Assembly: GCA_051294905.1 (NCBI GenBank)
Contig: CM119372.1
Location: forward strand, 27,840,001 to 27,904,000
From: Botryllus schlosseri
Taxonomy: Eukaryota
Direction of reading: 5' to 3'
Length of the DNA stretch: 64,000 nucleotides
Part shown: in pieces, positions 61,001-64,000 of the stretch
Numbering within the stretch: position 1 is the first letter of the stretch
Layout: the number at the start of each line of letters is the position of its first letter
Program-made: the position numbers and the translations under genes
Notes under the pieces: generated by a model
What the model saw: the letters and a program-made list of their open reading frames with translations, nothing else
Database searches by the model: none
Told to the model about the DNA's origin: nothing

Positions 61001-63418
61001 GATCATAACATTTCTTATAACTGTGCGCAGACCCATAAGTCATCTCGGGTGGTTGCGGTGACCTCCTTTTGCAGAGGTTACCGATAGTCTTTTTTTCGCG
61101 CGGACTCCTTTTTTCGTTTTGGTTGTGTGTACCCGCTACTGTGAGAAAATTTGCGAAAAACGTGAACTGGTGACTAATGAGCAGGTTACAAATTTCAGTC
61201 AGTCCTCGTCATAAGTCAAAAGTCAAAAACAAGGACAGATCTCATAAATAAAGATAATGTAATTAGTTTAATACATTAACATTGTAGTTCCCCAATTGAT
61301 CTTCCATGGACTGCCAAGAGTGAAGTGATACAAGCATATTTCTAAACTTATTTCTTTAATCCGAAATGAGGAAAGTAAGTAGCTTTGTCGAAAAACTGCC
61401 AATTAGAAGTGTAAATATTCTAAAAAATATAATCGCTGGAGTAAGCAACTCAAGTAGGCAAACACAGCGTGAGTACTCTGACAAAATGTAAGTACGGTAC
61501 TCCGTTAGTTACCAACCTCTCGACAAGAGGCAAATAAGAAGAATTTGAATTACAAAAAATGTCTTTTCGTAATGGATGTTGTGATGAAAGCAATCTTCAA
61601 GTCCTGTACCACAAGCCAGCTATTTACATATTCAAACACTAACACGCCTTCCCTCATTCAGGATAAGATTCCGCCTGTCGGCCTTGAAGCGAGAATACAA
61701 CTCCAAACCTGCTTTTCGTGATCATTTTCTAGGCGAGCCATCTTCTGTTTCAGACTGACAAATTCGTCCGCGATTTGCTTCCGACTGTCCTCGAGGTGCT
61801 TGGTATGCTGGGCGCTGACGTCGTGATCGCGGCTGAACTTGTCACGCTCCAACTCAAACTCGACAAGTTGGTTTTCGAGAGACAAAATCTGGGAATGGAA
61901 ATCGACTGCTGATAAGAAACGCAGTGTATTATTGTTATTTATCATTATAAGCTCCATTTTTCCTACAAACGCAATCCTAGAGTGCCGAGCACCAAGCTGA
62001 GAAGTCACGGATTCCAGTACTGCATGTAGGCTAAGACAGTGGTCAGACTCAGCCCGGGTTTCAACCGACAACCTATTGATTGGAAAGCCACTACACTATC
62101 TTGTCAGTTGATTAAGGGCTGTGAATAGTCACAAAAAACTTTAAAATGTTCAATAACGATTGAAACCTCTACTGCAAATGCAACACCAGTCCAAGTTTAC
62201 GCTCGTTTGTAACACCTAAACATGCAACCCTCTTTTCAGTGTCGCAACGATGCATCAAATAATTCAGGACAACATATTTAAAAGCAAGCAAAGTGGATCA
62301 GTTTCCAACTGAACTAAGTTTGTTTTGTGAAAATTGGTTCATCGTTTCGGAGTGGGTATCTTCCTGATCAGTCAATTATGACAGTGTGTTTTCACAGAGA
62401 GAGATTTTAGGACTTCCTGGTATTGTTAATCAGCCGAAAAGTGTTTTTACCGAAAGCATGTTTCCGGTTCCTAAGACATATTAAAAAAAATTTGTTGCAT
62501 GACATTTACCGATAAGTAAACTGTCAGACTTGTACCAACTACGAACCTGGTTAGTTAACTGTCAACTAACTCCTTTTTCTGAATAGTTTTAGTTCCAGTT
62601 CCAGTTGCGGATATTAAAATGTGAGTAGTACGAGTTCTGGTCTAGTAGTTGCGCAAATTAGTTGCCAAACAATTAGAAAACATGTGTCGCTTGGCGTGAA
62701 TCATATCGGTGTTCTGTTGTGTGATGCTCTTGCAGCTGTTTCTAGCTCAGAGTAATCACCAATAACAGTGACGTAACCAGGGGTGGGTTTTAGGGGTCGA
62801 TACCCTTCTCATTTCAAACTCGAAACTGATATTCATGTGGCGAGCAAATACGATAACGATAAAATAAACAAATATTGAGTTGCATCAGAATATAATCTGG
62901 TTAGTTGTGATTAGTTAGTTAGTTGTGGATTTTTATAGGTAATCACTTCTAGTTCTAGCCGCGAGATTTGAAAATGGAGTAGTTCTAGTTCTGATTGTGC
63001 ATTTGAAAATCAGTGATACAGTGAGTCATAAATCACGCTGAATTGCAATCAGAAGAGCTACAACAGCTAGAGGCTCGATACTGAAAAAGGAATGATTCCC
63101 AGAGTGCAGCATCATATGAAACTTGTGAATCTACATAGGCTAACTTACATTGGTCATTATTCGGGATGAAGTTATCAAGTCAAGTCAGACTATGACCAAA
63201 TTTATATGCAACTGAACAGAATACGATTCCAGCACGAGCATATTTACTGCTGGTGATTTTCACTAAATTTTATGGAAATAGAGTATTCAAGTATTTATGG
63301 AGGATAGCTCTCAACAAAATTGAGAATTCACCTTGTTTTTCAGTTCAAAATTCTCTGCTTCGTATTCTTCGGAAAGTCTGTTGTTCTCAAGTTGTAACTC
63401 GACCAGTCCTTTTGACAC
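52048..63418 (-). CDS. CCDC78: Host coiled-coil domain-containing protein 78 homolog (5' exon not resolved)
   Basis: Phase-compatible exons 63418-63332, 61888-61709, 60849-60631, 59556-59380, 58876-58751, 57688-57608, 57117-57002, 56333-56064, 54600-54516, 54255-54155, 52186-52048; motifs VSKGLVELQ..EAENFELKNKILSLEN, AFRSREEQL..RHDKLLISYR, EKERAELLTRATVAEQQ..QEYINTHLARYKQEITRLR. Confidence 0.85.
52271..53725 (-). mobile_element. Degenerate Chapaev3 transposon in the last CCDC78 intron
   Basis: TIRs CACTGGTCAACA / TGTTGACCAGTG with TAA TSD; remnant MSLNIHFLFSHLD..QGERFHQDI..ERYYGR..MADHCW with stops. Confidence 0.8.
56524..56557 (+). ncRNA. Minimal type I hammerhead ribozyme (Penelope pLTR family)
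   Basis: ACCC CTGATGA GAGTCAGCC GAAA ATAT TC GGGT; palindromic stem III AATATT. Confidence 0.7.
58212..58245 (+). ncRNA. Minimal hammerhead copy with G at the cleavage position (probably inactive)
   Basis: ACCC CTGACGA GTGTCAGCC GAAA ATAT TG GGGT. Confidence 0.55.
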
Positions 63419-64000
63419 CTGAAAAAACGTGAAAATGATACAAGACTGGCATTTTGCCATCAGGTAGGCATCGGAATGAGCTCGTCAATAAGCTACTTGG
63501 AACCCTAACTAGGAATGGCCAGACCAGTGCTTTTCAACCTGTGTGACGGTTCGCACTGGTGTGAATGAAAAAAATTGCAGTGCGAATGACGAAGGTGGTG
63601 CGAATAGTGCGAATGAAAAATCCGGAAGCCAGGTTTGGAAGTTGGTGTAGTTACAAACATACAGTGTATCAAGCCCATCTGAGCCAGCGACAGGCTGGAA
63701 AAATGACGTCAAATTGATTTTCTGCTTTCTTTCGCTAAACAATCAACATTTTCGTAATAACTGATTGATTACCGCGAGGCCCGGGGATAGTAGTAAATAC
63801 CAGCATTACAGACTCACATTTGCAAGTTAATGTAACGCAAGTTTTACCCCTTCAAGGGTTATTAAAGTATGGGCAGCATCGGTATAATTTTGGGTCGACA
63901 CGGTGCAAAAGCTATCTGTTTATATGTATGTAAAATTTGTTGAATTTATTGCAAAAAATTCTGCGATAGTTTTTACATATCCAAGGTACCAAAGGGTACT

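Overview
Repeat-rich metazoan (invertebrate-type) genomic DNA with spliceosomal genes. The centrepiece is an apparently intact 15,830-bp Polinton/Maverick (adintovirus-like endogenous virus) at 33469-49298. It has 560-bp terminal inverted repeats (TIRs) starting AGTAGTAG and a 6-bp TACGTA target-site duplication (TSD). It encodes protein-primed PolB, packaging ATPase, chromodomain integrase, major capsid protein and adenain protease. Unusual cargo: three tandem minor-capsid (penton) paralogs, a divergent Bcl-2-like ORF, a tandem OB-fold SSB-like ORF, a duplicated orphan gene (one copy split by an intron), splice acceptors abutting several start codons, and five ATGA stop/start overlaps. The Polinton sits inside two nested hAT-type elements, each with its own 8-bp TSD. 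The rest of the window holds a deleted Kolobok (with KolX), Harbinger, Chapaev3, LINE and SINE remnants, and Penelope fragments with minimal hammerhead ribozymes. Two host genes are present: an orphan Cys-rich membrane glycoprotein (+, 10993-25241 and beyond) and CCDC78 (-, 52048-63418, 5' end not resolved). All calls come from reading the sequence by eye; no database search was run.
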